NCBI RefSeq assembly: GCF_009914755.1
Contig: NC_060932.1
Direction: 5' to 3' (one strand)
Source of the DNA: the human T2T-CHM13v2.0 reference genome, Homo sapiens
Length of the DNA: 64,000 bases
The position numbers and the translations under genes are program-made. The notes beneath the pieces are model-generated. The model was not told where the DNA came from and did no database searches. It saw nothing but the letters and a program-made list of their open reading frames with translations. Below are positions 31,656-52,097 of the stretch, piece after piece (positions within the stretch are counted from its first letter, which is position 1; each line of letters begins with the position of its first letter).

Positions 31656-33250
31656 GTCCATCCCTTGTACCTCTTTATTTAAACTGATAGCTTGTCACAA
31701 TTTCTAAAACAAAAACAAACAAGTTAATAAAAATGTGGAAAGTCTAGTGGGTTAAACTGTAGCTCATGTTATTACAGTTGGTTGCTTCCCACTACTTCTT
31801 CTATATGTATTCCTTCTCCTTCAGCATGCATTTCCACTGGTGTTGGTGGTTGTTTGCCTAATTTCGTAGCCCAGACCATCATGCCTGAGGGGTCTGAGCT
31901 CCTAATTGTCAAGCCCCTGTCAGGTCACAGTTGCTGCAATTATCCATTTATGGTTTTTACTAAATATGGAAAGAGCAAGTGATGTCTCAGTGAAGCTCCT
32001 GAGTTCCAGACATACTCCACCCTGCTGCCATTATTATAGGCACACCTGTCTCTTCCTGATTCTCAAAGTTCTTTCTCTGCTTGCTGATCAACTGGCATGA
32101 GGGTCTCAAAATGACTATGCAGTGGCTATAACTTTAGGTTTACTAAAATCATTGCTTTGTCCCTGGTAGAAGGAATCCATCCAGGAACAAGAATCTTCAG
32201 GCTAGCAAGTAGTACAGTTGTGGGGGGTATGAAGCACAAAGTCACCATGAAGGCTACTGAATGGCAGAGGCCACTCTGACTTCCTCCCCTTGGGTACCAG
32301 GTCCATGTTTTCTGTCTTTCAGAGGTACATCATTGCATAACAGCTGTGGCTTCAACATATATAAAACATCTTGAATGACAGCACCCCCAATCACAGGGTT
32401 TCATGGCTATTCTTGTGCCTTAGCTGAGCCTTCATGAGGCCATTGCAATGTTTTATCAGGGTGACAGCATAAGGGTTTATGATGTATGTGTATATAGTAG
32501 GACTGATGAATCATCTGACCATGTGTCCATTGTGGCATTTTCTTCACCATAACGTGGATTCCTTGGTCTGAAGGAACGTTCTGCAGGATTCTATTACAAT
32601 AACTCAGATACTCTCAGGGACTCCTGGGTCTGTGACTTATGTGTGCCCTCCATGCCTGCTTGGGCTTCGTCTCAAATGTACCATTTCTGTTGTGCAGTGG
32701 ATTGCTGCTGTACCCACTTTATCTTATGATTTGTTGGCCTGACAATACCTGGGACATGATAAGCAGTTCTGGTCACTTAGTCACTTGATGTTCTGTAGTC
32801 AGGCATTCAGGATTCTACAATCACAGAACTAACATATGATGACTATTGTTTCAGTGTATACACCACATTGTTAAAGGGCTTTTCCCAGATCTGCAGGATA
32901 TCCTCACCAAGATAATGCCTTAGCTGAGTCTTGAAGCCATTACACTCAGAATATGGCATTTTTATTAAATATATTGACTGTGGAAAAGGGACCATTTCAG
33001 GGGCCTCAACTTGTTTTTTTCCTGATATCATAGCTCTTATTCCACTAGTCCTGGAAGCAATGTGAAGGAACTGCCTACTACTAAGGTTATCCATCCCAAT
33101 TATGTTAATAAGGCCCTGAGAAAATGATCACTGGACCAACCATAAGGTACGGGTGGGCCAAGACTCTATACTTAGGTCGAGGCTCCCTTCCACACACCAC
33201 GTCTTAACAGAAGGCCATGATGGGACCCATCCACCGCTACGTACTCAGTG
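31656..33250 (-). mobile_element. Decayed ERVL/MaLR internal region with pol remnants
   Basis: Minus-strand translation gives integrase-like CNGLMKAQLRH (about 32410-32460) and CNGFKTQLRH (about 32910-32945). 31850-32460 resembles the ERVL pol 3' region. Confidence 0.7.
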
Positions 33251-33519
33251 TAGGGGAGAAGATGACATATGTTCTTAAAATATATTTTTATCTATTTAGA
33301 TGTCTGTATTTTTATTTAATAATTTAGAATTTAATTTTTTTATTTGTATTTAGAGCTCAAGGAGCCACAACTGAACCTGATAAAAAGATAAGAAGATGAT
33401 GTATCACCTTGACTTTGAACTGGGTGTAGTGAATGGATGGAATTCGAGATTATCCTCCTTAAGGAATAGATATATTCTTTCTGAGGGAAGAAGATTGAAA
33501 CATATATTGTGATGAGAAG

Positions 33520-33860
33520 AGAAGATTCTGGGATCTAGTCCTATTGCTAGATGAGCATCAATTCCATTTTGTCTTCTTGAGCACACAGGAAGATTATGTC
33601 TACCAACATCCCTTTGTGTTAGGTTGAGGCCACCAGGTTAGGTTCTAACTAATGAGATATACATCATTTCCTGGCCTTGGCATTAAACATCACATGATCC
33701 TCTCCCCTCTCTTTTTTAGTCAGTGTTACAGCATGGAAGGAGCTGAAGTTCTTGTCACAATGTGGACAATGATATCAGGAGTAAATAAACTTTTATATGT
33801 TAAGCCATTGACATTTGGGGGAGTATATTTGTTGTAACAGTTAACATTATGTGAATATAA
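33520..33860 (+). mobile_element. MaLR LTR (MLT1I/J-like)
   Basis: gagcacacaggaagatta...gttctaactaatgag...aaataaacttttatatgttaagccattgacatttggggg. Confidence 0.7.
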
Positions 33861-34300
33861 GATCTTTTTTGGAGTATCTCTATTCATTACTTGGTTGGCC
33901 AAAGTCACTTGTCTAATACTTTTTTCAAGGAAATTTAACTGAAAGTATATTACTTGTTTACTGTCATATTTTTAAATGTTTATCTGTGCTTATGTTTAAA
34001 TAATAGTTTTGTTAGATATGGTTTGCATAAATAAGCAAAAACATAGTTTTGTTTATTTACACTTTCTTTCCCCGAGAACTTCACAGGCAATACTAAACTC
34101 CATTCCGGCATTTAATGTCACTCTGGAGAAGTCTGGGGCTGATTTGAATTTTTACGCTTCTGGGTGAGTTGATCTTTCTTTTAGCTATAGGCAGAGACAA
34201 TGTTTTTCTCATTCTTTATCATTCTGTGTCTATTTTTAAAGACAATGTGCTCTTTCAAACTATAGATTTAATTCTTCTTCCTTTATCTTGGAAGAATTTT

Positions 34301-34503
34301 AAAATTTATTTTATTTTTAATTTTGTATTTGACATATAATAATTGTACATATTTATGGGGTATATAGTGATATTTCATATAATATATAGTGATCAGATCA
34401 GGGTAATTATTCTATCATCTCAGACATTTATCATTTCTTTGAGAACATTCAGTATCATCTCAAACATTTATCATTTCTTTGTTTTGAGAACATTCAGTAT
34501 TCA
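34301..34503 (-). mobile_element. Short L1MA 3' end fragment with an internal ~40-bp tandem duplication
   Basis: ataataattgtacatatttatggggtatatagtgatatt. tatcatctca(g/a)acatttatcatttctttg...gagaacattcag occurs twice. Flanked by gga(a/g)gaatttt. Confidence 0.75.
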
Positions 34504-35036
34504 GGAGGAATTTTTTTATAGTTATATTCTTTCAGTAGGCAGGATTCTAAAAATAATTCCAAATATTCCACACTTTAAGCTCTGTAATATGTGATAATGA
34601 TAAATTATCTTTCCTGTGATTATGTTTTATTGTAAGGCACAGTTGATCTTACAATAAGTAGCTTATATGGGTGGACCAAATCCAATCTCTCGAGCCCTTT
34701 TAAAAGCAGAGAGTCTTCTCCAATCGATGGCTGAACACAAAGTCAGGGAGAATAGAAGCATAAGAATTTGGTAGATGGTTGCTGGCTTTGGGGGCAGACA
34801 GGCCACATGGCAAGGAACAGAATGCAGGCAACCTCTGAACATTATCAGTGGCCTACAGCTAGCAGCAGAAAACAAGGACAGCAGACCTACAACTCAACAA
34901 ATGGAATTTAACCAACAATCTGAATCAGCTTAGAAGGTGATTCTTCTCCAAATCCTTCAGATGAGAGCACAGTTGGTCAACTCTCATTTCAGACTGCTGA
35001 AACCCTAATCAGAGAGCCCAGCTGAACCACACTGGA

Positions 35037-35231
35037 TTTCTTTCTTCTTCTCCTTCTCCTTCTCTTTCTCCTTCTCCTTCTCCTTTCCCTTCTCCTTCTC
35101 CTTCCCCTTCTCCTTCTCCTTCCCCTTCCCCTTCTCCTTCCCCTTCTTCCCCTTCTTGCTGCTGCTGCTTCTCCTTCTGCTCCTCCTCCTCCTCCTCCTC
35201 CTCCTTCTTCTTCTTCTCCTTCTCCTTCTTC
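35037..35231. repeat. ~195-bp polypyrimidine compound microsatellite, (CTTCTC)/(CTTCCC)/(CTG)/(CTC)/(CTT)
   Basis: Read directly. Almost purine-free on the plus strand. Confidence 0.97.
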
Positions 35232-35472
35232 GCTTTTATTTTAGATACAGGGGTACGTGTGCATAGTACACAACAGGTAGTTTTTCAATCCATGTTCTCT
35301 TCCTTCTCTCCCTTCTCTAGTGCCACAGAATCCATTGTTCCCATGTTTATGTCCATGTGTGCTCAGTGTTTAGCTCCCACTTATAAGTGAGAACATACAG
35401 TATTTGGTTTTCTGTCCTGTGTTAGTTCGCTGAGGATTACGGCCTCTATCTCCATCCATGTTGCTGCGAAGC
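35042..35472 (-). mobile_element. Short 5'-truncated old L1PA (about PA13-PA16) with a microsatellite tail
   Basis: tttagctcccacttataagtgagaacatacagtatttgg. TSD ctggatttct at 35032-35041 and 35473-35482. Confidence 0.85.
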
Positions 35473-37794
35473 CTGGATTTCTAAACTGCAGAAACTGTAA
35501 GATAATAGATGAGTCTTGTTTTGAGTTGCTAAATTTGTGGAGTTTGTTATTATATAGCAATAGAAAATAAATACAATATTAAAATATTTCTTCTATTTTT
35601 TATTCTCTTCTTCAAAGCCACCTATTTTCTTCATGTCCTGAATTTTCTTTGTGCTCAGTATATTTCTATTTTTAATCCTTTTTTCATTACCACTTCATCT
35701 TGAATAATTTTCTCCATCCCATCCTCCACATACTTTACTGCGTTTTCAGCAGTGCCTAGTTTCAGCAGTGCTACTTACAAAATGGTCTTTATAACTAGAA
35801 TGGTATGTTTTGTTCTCCTCCTTCAAATATGAATTATAGTTCTTTCTATTTATCTCCTTTGGTCATCATTATATCTTTTCTATGGGCCCAGATTTCTACT
35901 CTGAAATCACACTTGTAAAAGATTTATATTTGTTTTTTTAAGTCAAGGCAATATGTTTGGTCTCAATTTTTATACACTCCTTAGTAACATTTTTCAAGTG
36001 AATGTTCTTTGACTGTTATTTGTTTTCCCTGTTCCTTTCTTTATTTTTACTTGTAGTATTTTTGTATAGATCCTGTGCTTTTATCTTGTTTATATCATTT
36101 TTGAAAGATAATACTTCTCCATGGACCAGCAATTTGGAAGTGATCTGTACAGTGGGAGAGATCGAGTTACGGTTCCAGGCCAGCAAAACTTCTCCCTGGT
36201 ACAACATGAGCTTTCTTAGAATAAAGGCTTGTGCATGTAAGTGAATTGTTTTCATTTTTAAATCTCCTTATCAAATATAGTTTGTCTATAAGGGCTCCTA
36301 CTAACTCAGATTCCCTCTTTCACTCTACCTTAACTAAAAATTTCTTGCAAAGATAGAATGAGGTTTCCTCACCAAGTCCACTGCATCATCTCTCCCAAAG
36401 AGGATGGAAGCGCTGACCAACAGCCTATATACACTGTTTTTATTTTTCCAAATAAGCGACTTTTTCTTTTTTCTTTAAAGTTGTACCTCCTGCTTTGTAG
36501 AGCTATTCTCAACTGGTTTGTTTTAGATCTGTATATTTCTGCATGTTTTATAGACATTTTTCTAAGCCCTCTTCAATCTTAACTTTATTAGACACATATT
36601 ATAAGCCAAGCCTAGAAATTGTGTGCATGAGTGGAAGGAAGTTTTGACCAGATGTGCAAATGTAAGGTTATTGGAGTTTTGTGGGATTTGGTTTGTTGTT
36701 TGCTTGTTTGCATTTTTTTTCAGGCCAGAGATGCAGGGGATGGTCAAAGAAAACAATATTTTTAAGATACTAAAATGCAAGATGGCCGAATAGGAACAGC
36801 TCCAGTCTACAGCTCCCAGTGTGAGCGACGCAGAAGACGGGTGATTTCTGCATTTCCAATAGAGGTACCAGGTTCAGCTCACTGGGGCTTGTCAGACTGT
36901 GGGCACAGGACAGTGGGTGCAGCCCACTGAGCATGAGCCGAAGAAGGGCAAGGCATTGCCTCACCCAGGAAGTGCAAGGGGTCAGGGAATTCCCTTTCCT
37001 AGCCAAGGGAAGCTGTGACAGACAGCACCTGGAAAATCAGTTCACTCTCACCCTAATACTGCACTTTTCCAATGGTCTTAGCAAATGGCACACCAGGAGA
37101 TTATATCCCATGCATGGCTTGGAGGTTCTCATGCCCATGGACCCTCGCTCGTTGCTAGCACAGCAGTTGGAGAGCCAACTGCAGGGTGGCAGCGAGGCTG
37201 GGGGAGGGGTGCCCACAATTGCTGAGGCTTGAGTAGGTAAACAAAGCTGCCGGGAAGCTCGAACTGGGTGGAACCCACCACAGCTCAAGGAGGCCTGCCT
37301 GCCTCTGTAGACTCCACCTCTGGAAGCAGGGCATAGCTGAACAAAAGGCAGCAGAAACCTCTGCAGACTTAAATGTCCCTGTCTGACAGCTTTGAAGAGA
37401 GTAGTGGTTTTCCCAGCATGGAGTTTGAGATCTGAAAACGATCAGACTGCCTCCTCAAGTGGGTCCCTGACCCCTGGGTAGCCTAACTGGGAGGCACCCC
37501 CCAGTAGGGGCAGACTGACACCTCACATGGTTGGGTACCCCTCTGAGACGAAGCTTCCAGAGGAATGATCAGGCAGCAACATTTGCTATTCGGCAATATT
37601 TGCTGTTCTGCAGCCTCCGCTGCTGATACCCAGGGAAACAGGGTCTGCAGTGGACCTATAGCAAACTCCAACAGGCCTGCAGCTAAGGGTCCTGACTGTT
37701 AGAAGGAAAACTAACAAACAGAAAGGACATCCACACCAAAACCCCATCTGTATGTCACCATCATCAAAGACCAAAGGTAGATAAAACCACAAAG

Positions 37795-38791
37795 ATGAGG
37801 AAAAAACAGAGCAGAAAAGCGAAAATTCTAAAAATCAGAGCACCTCTCCCCCTCCAAAGGAACACAGCTCATCTCCAGCAACGAAACAAAGATGGACGGA
37901 GAATGACTTTGACAAGTTGAGAGAAGAAGGCTTCAGACAATCAAACTTCTTCGAGCTAAAGGAGGAAGTTCAAACCCATTGCAAAGAAGCTAAAAACCTT
38001 GAAAAAAGATTAGATGAATGGCTAACTAGAATAACCAGTTTAGAGAAGTCCTTAAATGACCTGATGGAGCTGAAAACCATAGCACGAGAACTACATGACA
38101 ACTGCACAAGCCATTCGATCAACTGGAACAAAGAGTATCAGTGATTGAAGATCAAATGAATAAAATGAAGTGAGAAGAGAAGTTTAGAGAAAAAAGAGTA
38201 AAAAGAAATGAACAAAGCATCCAACAAATATGGGACCACGTGAAAAGACCAAATCTATGTCTGATTGGTATAGCTGAAAGTCATGGGGAGAATGGAACCA
38301 AGTTGGAAAACACTCTGCAGGATATTATCCAGGAGAACTTCCCCAAGGCAGGCCAACATTCAAATACAGGAAATACAGAGAACATCACAAGATACTCCTC
38401 AAGAAGAGCAACTCCAAGACACATAATTGTCACATTCACCAAAGTTGAAATGAAGGAAAAAATGTTAAGGGCAGCCAGAGAGAAAGTTCGGGTTACCCAC
38501 AAAGGGAAGCCCATCAGACTAACAGTGGATCTCTTGGCAGAAACTCTACAAGCCAGAAGAGAGTGGGGGCCAATATTCAACATTCTTAAAGAAAAGAATT
38601 TTCAACACAGAATTTCATATCCAGCCAAACTAAGCTTCATAAGTGAAGGAGAAATAAATTCCTTTACAGACAAGCAAATGCTGAGAGATTTTATCACCAC
38701 CAGACCTGCCTTACAAGAGCTCCTGAAGGAAGCACTAAACATGGAAAGGAAAAACTGGTATCAGCCACTGCAAAACCATGCCAAATTGTAA
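37795..38791 (+). pseudogene. L1 ORF1 remnant (frameshifts and stops)
   Basis: ORF fragments 37917-38144 and 38240-38791 translate to L1 ORF1p (AREK, LQARREWG, YPAKLS motifs). Confidence 0.93.
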
Positions 38792-38854
38792 AGACACTTG
38801 ATGCTAGGAAGAAACTGCATCAACTAATGAGCAAAATAACCACCTAACATCATA

Positions 38855-42519
<3,665 letters not shown>

Positions 42520-42788
42520 GAGGGAGGAGCCAAGATGGCCAAAAAGGAAAAGCTCCAGTCTACAGCTCCCAGCATGAGCGATGCAGAAGACGGGTGATTT
42601 CTGCATTTCCATCTGAAGTACCGGGTTCATCTCACTAGGGAGTGCCAGACAGTGAGCACAGGTCAGTGGGTGCGCGCACCATGTGCAAGGGGAAGCAGGG
42701 CGAGGCACTGCCTCACTTGGGAAGCGCAAGGGGTCAGGGAGTTCCCTTTCTGAGTCAAAGAAAGGGGTGACGGACGGCACCTGGAAAA

Positions 42789-42971
42789 TCAGGTCACTCC
42801 CACCCGAATACTGCGCTTTTCCGACGGGCTTAAAAAACAGTGCACCATGAGATTATATCCCGCACGTGGCTCGGACGGTCCTACGCCCACGGAGTCTCGC
42901 TGATTGCTAGCACAGCAGTCTGAGATCAAACTGCAAGGCGGCAGCGAGGCTGGGGGAGGGGTGCCCGCCAT
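42789..42971 (-). pseudogene. L1 antisense ORF0, start intact, truncated at 60 aa
   Basis: MAGTPPPASLPPCSLISDCCASNQRDSVGVGPSEP...RVGVT* matches primate L1 ORF0 (71 aa in L1HS). Premature TGA. Confidence 0.85.
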
Positions 42972-43426
42972 TGCCCAGGCTTGATTAGGTAAACAAAGCA
43001 GCTGGGAAGCTCGAACTGGGTGGAGCCCACCACAGCTCAAGGAGGCCTGCCTGCCTCTGTAGGCTCCACCTCTGGGGGCAGGGCACAGACAAACAAAAAG
43101 ACAGCAGTAACCTCTGCAGACTTAAATGTCCCTGTCTGACAGCTTTGAAGAGAGTAGTGGTTCTCCCAGCACGCAGCTGGAGGTCTGAGAACGGGCAGAC
43201 TGCCTCCTCAAGTGGGTCCCTGACCCCTGACCCCCCAGCAGCCTAACTGGAAGGCACCCCCCAGCAGGGGCACACTGACACCTCACATGGCAGGGTACTC
43301 CAACAGACCTGCAGCTGAGGGTCCTCTCTGTTAGAAGGAAAACGAACAAACTCAAAGGACATCCACACCAAAAACCCATCTGTACATCACCATCATCAAA
43401 GACCAAAAGTAGATAAAACCACAAAG

Positions 43427-44437
43427 ATGTGGAAAAAACAGAACAGAAAAACTGGAAACTCTAAAAAGCAGAGTGCCTCTCCTCCTCCAAAGGAACGCAG
43501 TTCCTCACCAGCAACGGAACAAAGCTGGATGGAGAATGACTTTGACGAGCTGAGAGAAGAAGGCTTCAGACGATCAAATTACTCTGAGCTACAGGAGGAC
43601 ATTCAAACCAAAGGCAAAGAAGTTGAAAACTTTGAAAAAAATTTAGAAGAATGTACAACTAGAATAACCAATACAGAGAAGTGCTTAAAGGAGCTGATGG
43701 AGCTGAAAACCAAGGCTCGAGAACTACGTGAAGAATGCAGAAGCCTCAGGAGCCGATGCTATCAACTGGAAGAAAGGGTATCAGCGATGGAAGATGAAAT
43801 GAATGAAATGAAGGGAGAAGGGAAGTTTAGAGAAAAAAGAATAAAAAGAAATGAGCAAAGCCTCCAAGAAATATGGGACTATGTGAAAAGACCAAATCTA
43901 CATCTGATTGGTGTACCTGAAAGTGATGGGGAGAATGGAACCAAGTTGGAAAACACTCTGCAGGATATTATCCAGGAGAACTTCCCCATCTGGCAAGGCA
44001 GGCCAACGTTCAGATTCAGGAAATACAGAGAACACCACCAAGATACTCCTCAAGAAGAGCAACTCCAAGACACATAATTGTCACATTCACCAAAGTTGAA
44101 ATGAAGGAAAAAATGTTAAGGGCAGCCAGAGAGAAAGTTCGGGTTACCCTCAAAGGGAAGCCCATCAGACTAACAGTGGATCTCTTGGCAGAAACCCTAC
44201 AAGCCAGAAGAGAGTGGGGGCCAATATTCAACATTCTTAAAGAATTTTCAACCCAGAATTTCATATCCAGCCAAACTAAGCTTCATAAGTGAAGGAGAAA
44301 TAAAATACTTTACAGACAAGCAAATGCTGAGAGATTTTGTCACCACCAGGCCTGCCTTACAAGAGCTCCTGAAGGAAGCGCTAAACATGCAAAGGAACAA
44401 CCGGTACCAGCTGCTGCAAAATCATGCCAAAATGTAA
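43427..44437 (+). pseudogene. L1 ORF1, frameshifted
   Basis: Open for about 187 codons, then a 1-bp deletion near 43988 and a 5-bp deletion near 44243. Confidence 0.95.
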
Positions 44438-44485
44438 AGACCATCGAGACTAGGAAGAAACTGCATCAACTAACGAGCAAAATAA

Positions 44486-48323
<3,838 letters not shown>

Positions 48324-50934
48324 ACAATGGGAACACATGGACACTGGAAGGGGAACATCACACTCTGAGGACAGTTGTGGGGTGAGGGGAGGGGGAAGGG
48401 ATAGCATTAGGAGATATACTTAATGCTAAATGACCAATTAATGGGTGCAGCACACCAGCATGGCACATGTATACATATGTAACTAACCTGTACATTGTGC
48501 ACATGTACCCTAAAACTTAAAGTATAATAATAATAATAATAAATAAAATAAAAATTAAAAAAATAAAAAAAGAATATAAATGAGAATTTAAAAGAATTTC
48601 AAGAATGTACATAAAACCATCAGGATAATTATTCCAAATAACTTTATTATAGTCAGAATTTGTTGGCAAAAACTGCAGATGTTGTCTATTCTCATGACTG
48701 TTAGAATAATTGCCCTTGAATGTTAAAAATTCAGAAATACCAATAAAAAGAGATGGTAGAATTTTTATTACTTATTGAAATCACAAATAAACTCCAAATA
48801 TTTTAGCCGATATTTCTTATCTCAACCAAACAATTGTTACTCTAAGAAAGAACCAAATAACTGGTTTCTTTCCCTCCCTGAATAAAGGTTTAAAAAAATC
48901 AATAGAAAGGGAAAATACCAAAACATGCAAAACTATATATATCCAAAAGTTGTATCATGTGTTTTATCATGTAAATGTGTTGTATCATTTGGCTAGAAGA
49001 AGAACCCAGAAACAAATTGGCCACAAGCAGAATTGCTATTAAAAACCTAAAGGTTTTGTATATCTTCACTATTTACTAAGTAAGATCTTCCCTTGGAAAC
49101 TTTAGGAACAAAACAATTTTAACACCTCCAGTATTTGTCTTATTTACACAAAAGCAACCTCTGCACATTTTCTTCTAGTGGTCTTATTGATCCACTCACC
49201 AACAGTCACTATTTGAAAAGTCATTTTTATCTTTCCATCTTTTTTCATTTTGCTTTTTTTTAAATAACAGTTTAACTGTTTACTACAGGCTACCCAGATG
49301 TTCTTTAAACTCTATCAGCTCATTTTAGAATTATATCTTAAAATTCTTTTCTTTTTGTTGTTTTTTTTTCTCTAACCAAATAATCTTCTCTTTTTTTCCT
49401 CCTCTTGTTAGCTTTTTGTTTTGAATGAATACATCAGTAATAATCTCGTTCTCGTTTCATGAGCAGCAGAATTTATTGAATAATTCTTTGGGATACTTCC
49501 AATGTCTTCCAACAGCCTTAGAAATACTATTCGTTCTGCCACATCTGCTACAGTATGTTTTAATCACATTTTTAAATACCATGAGTGCAATGCAATGTAC
49601 CTTATTAAGTTAGGGATAGTAAGAATTAGAGTAATGTGATGATTTATTTGAGCAGGATGAAGAGAGCTAAGGAAAAGGGAGTGAAGGGAAGAGAATAAGC
49701 AAGTGTGTATCAAATATGCAGATGAAGATTAACTCACTCTCTGTCCTCTAAGTGGTTCCTTTTAGATTATTTAAGAACTGAAATCAAAGGAGCCAGAAAA
49801 GCATAAACTCAGACCTGAATGAAAAGATACAGAAATTTCCAAAATAAGCCTATTCCTTGTTTAGGGAAGTGGCTCAATGACCTCACTCCTTCCTAGATGC
49901 CCTTTTAAATGTAACAGCAACAGAGTAATGGTAATAGAAAGACCATAAATGCTCTCTACTAGAGTGCTTTCCCTAAATAAATGCTGCTTCTCAAGGCTTG
50001 AGGCTGATTCTTGCCCCAGGAGAAGCATGCTCAGCAGCGGATGAGAGCTGCACAGAGCCTACTGGAACACTGAGCCTGTGGTGACTGCTGCCTTTAACCA
50101 TGCACCAGGCACACCAGAGGTCCAGTCATATGCCAGAGCTGTGCCTCATTCTGCTATAAACATTCTCTGCAACCAACCCCTTGAAATTTCACCTCTCTCA
50201 GGACAACAGAAGTCACAGAATTTTTTTTCATGGATAAATTCATTAGAAACTTTTGGTTCACACTACACCATTAATTCCTGACTTACGTCGCCTTTTGCAT
50301 TTTTCAAGCTTTTCATGTGCCTTTGTTGTCTTTATACAGGTTGGAAACTCCTCCAGATAAAGAACATGATTCATCTCTCATGGTGTTCTTGCACAGCTGT
50401 GCATATCATAGAACTCATTTGCTCAATATAGAGCTAAATCTGTTTTGGAATTTCAGTATCCTACCTTTGTCTCTAAATGCAGATTTTATTCACAAGATAG
50501 AACCAAGAAGTTGTCAGTAAAATGTCTTCTTCCTCGGATGAACTTTTTATGAAGGCAAGTCACGGTGCATCCCTTCCCTTTAAACTTTCTCTTTCCTTTC
50601 CTCCACCTCTTAAAAATGAGTTAAGAAATATGAGTAATACCTGTATTAATAGTTGAAGGCTTATATGCCCTCAGAACTCATTGAACTCTGCATAAAAATA
50701 GAAATTATTGATTTAGACCATTAATCACTGATCTGATAAATCAGTACAACTTTTCACAGGGTCCAGTAACTTCTGCAGTAGTGTAAGAAATAGAACATAT
50801 TATTGGTTATGCTAGTAGAAAGAAAGAAATGAAAATTTTACCATTCTTGCATTAAATTTAAAAGACTTTCCATGGATTCTTGCTTTGTGCCATTTGACAG
50901 ACTATCTGGTAATAATCAGATATTAACTGTGGTC

Positions 50935-51200
50935 TTTAAATCAACAGTCATTTATTGAGTGCCTTCTATGTTCCAAGCACTATGCTAAGTATGATAGGGA
51001 AAACAATTAGACATGGTTTTTCTCCCAAAGTGGACAAAAAGTGGAAAAACATAATAATGGAATTATTATAATTGAATGTGATCATCATTATATTGTAAAT
51101 TAGGACGTACTAAGGAAAGACAAAGAAAGGGCATCCTTATCAAGGTGCAAAGTCATGGGAGTCTTCTTAGAAGAAGAGACTCTTGGCTTATAAATTTAGT
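50935..51200 (-). mobile_element. L2 fragment
   Basis: tcaacagtcatttattgagtgccttctatgttccaagcactatgctaag. Confidence 0.7.
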
Positions 51201-52097
51201 AACAGGTGGATATCAGATACTGCCTTCGGAAGTCTTACTTTAAGTTAGAGGTTAAATGAAATGATCTCTATGGACCTCTTCTGATTTTTTGTCCTAGAAG
51301 ATTCAAATACTTTTCAGACTAATGAAATTATTTAATTTTTAGGACAGATACAGCATAGATTAATAAATTATAACAAAATACATGAGTCTGCCTTGGTCAC
51401 ATAAATGTTATCTTTATCAGCCACCTGTAGTAAGAATTTAAAGAAAATTTGAAGTGAGAATCATGACAGTGAAGTTATCAACTATTTAAAAGGGCAGAAT
51501 GGAACTAAACTCACATTAAAATGAGAAAACGATGCAGCCACTGGTACAACACAGGTTTCATCAGATGTCATCAGCTTACATATTTTAATGAGTCATGATA
51601 ACAGTAACAAATCAGGTTTGACTGGGCTTTGTCATAAGTTGTTGCTATAGGTACTTTGAGTTTCTGAAAATTCCCACCACCCCGCTGCAAGTCCTCAGAT
51701 TATTATATATGCTTATTGATCATAAAGTCCTTTCCTTTCAGATGTTGCTGCTGTTCCAACAGGCATTCCAACATCTGTCTTTAGACTGACTTCCCGTGGA
51801 GTCATTGTCCTTTTGGACAATGTATGTACGTATGACTTGTACCAAAGTTCTTTGTGGAGCACTGCAGCCACTCATATGAGCACCATGGTCTCTCACTCAT
51901 TACTGATATGGCTCCCAGTATCTTACAGAGGATTCTGGCTATCCCTCCCAGGTTGAGTAACTAACAGAACAAACAAAAAATTTCAACGTTCTCCAAATAA
52001 TGATAATAGGTTCCGTAGGCTATATAAGAATTACAATGTTATTTATGCTAGCATTGACATACAAAAAGAGAGAGAAGGAGAAAGAAGGAGAAAAAAA

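Larger units (their letters stand above)
34532..35575 (+). mobile_element. MaLR solo LTR (MLT1E-like), interrupted by an L1PA fragment
   Basis: gtaggcaggattctaa start, gagcccttttaaaagcagagag, and end tgctaaatttgtgg...tagcaatagaaaataaataca. Confidence 0.8.
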
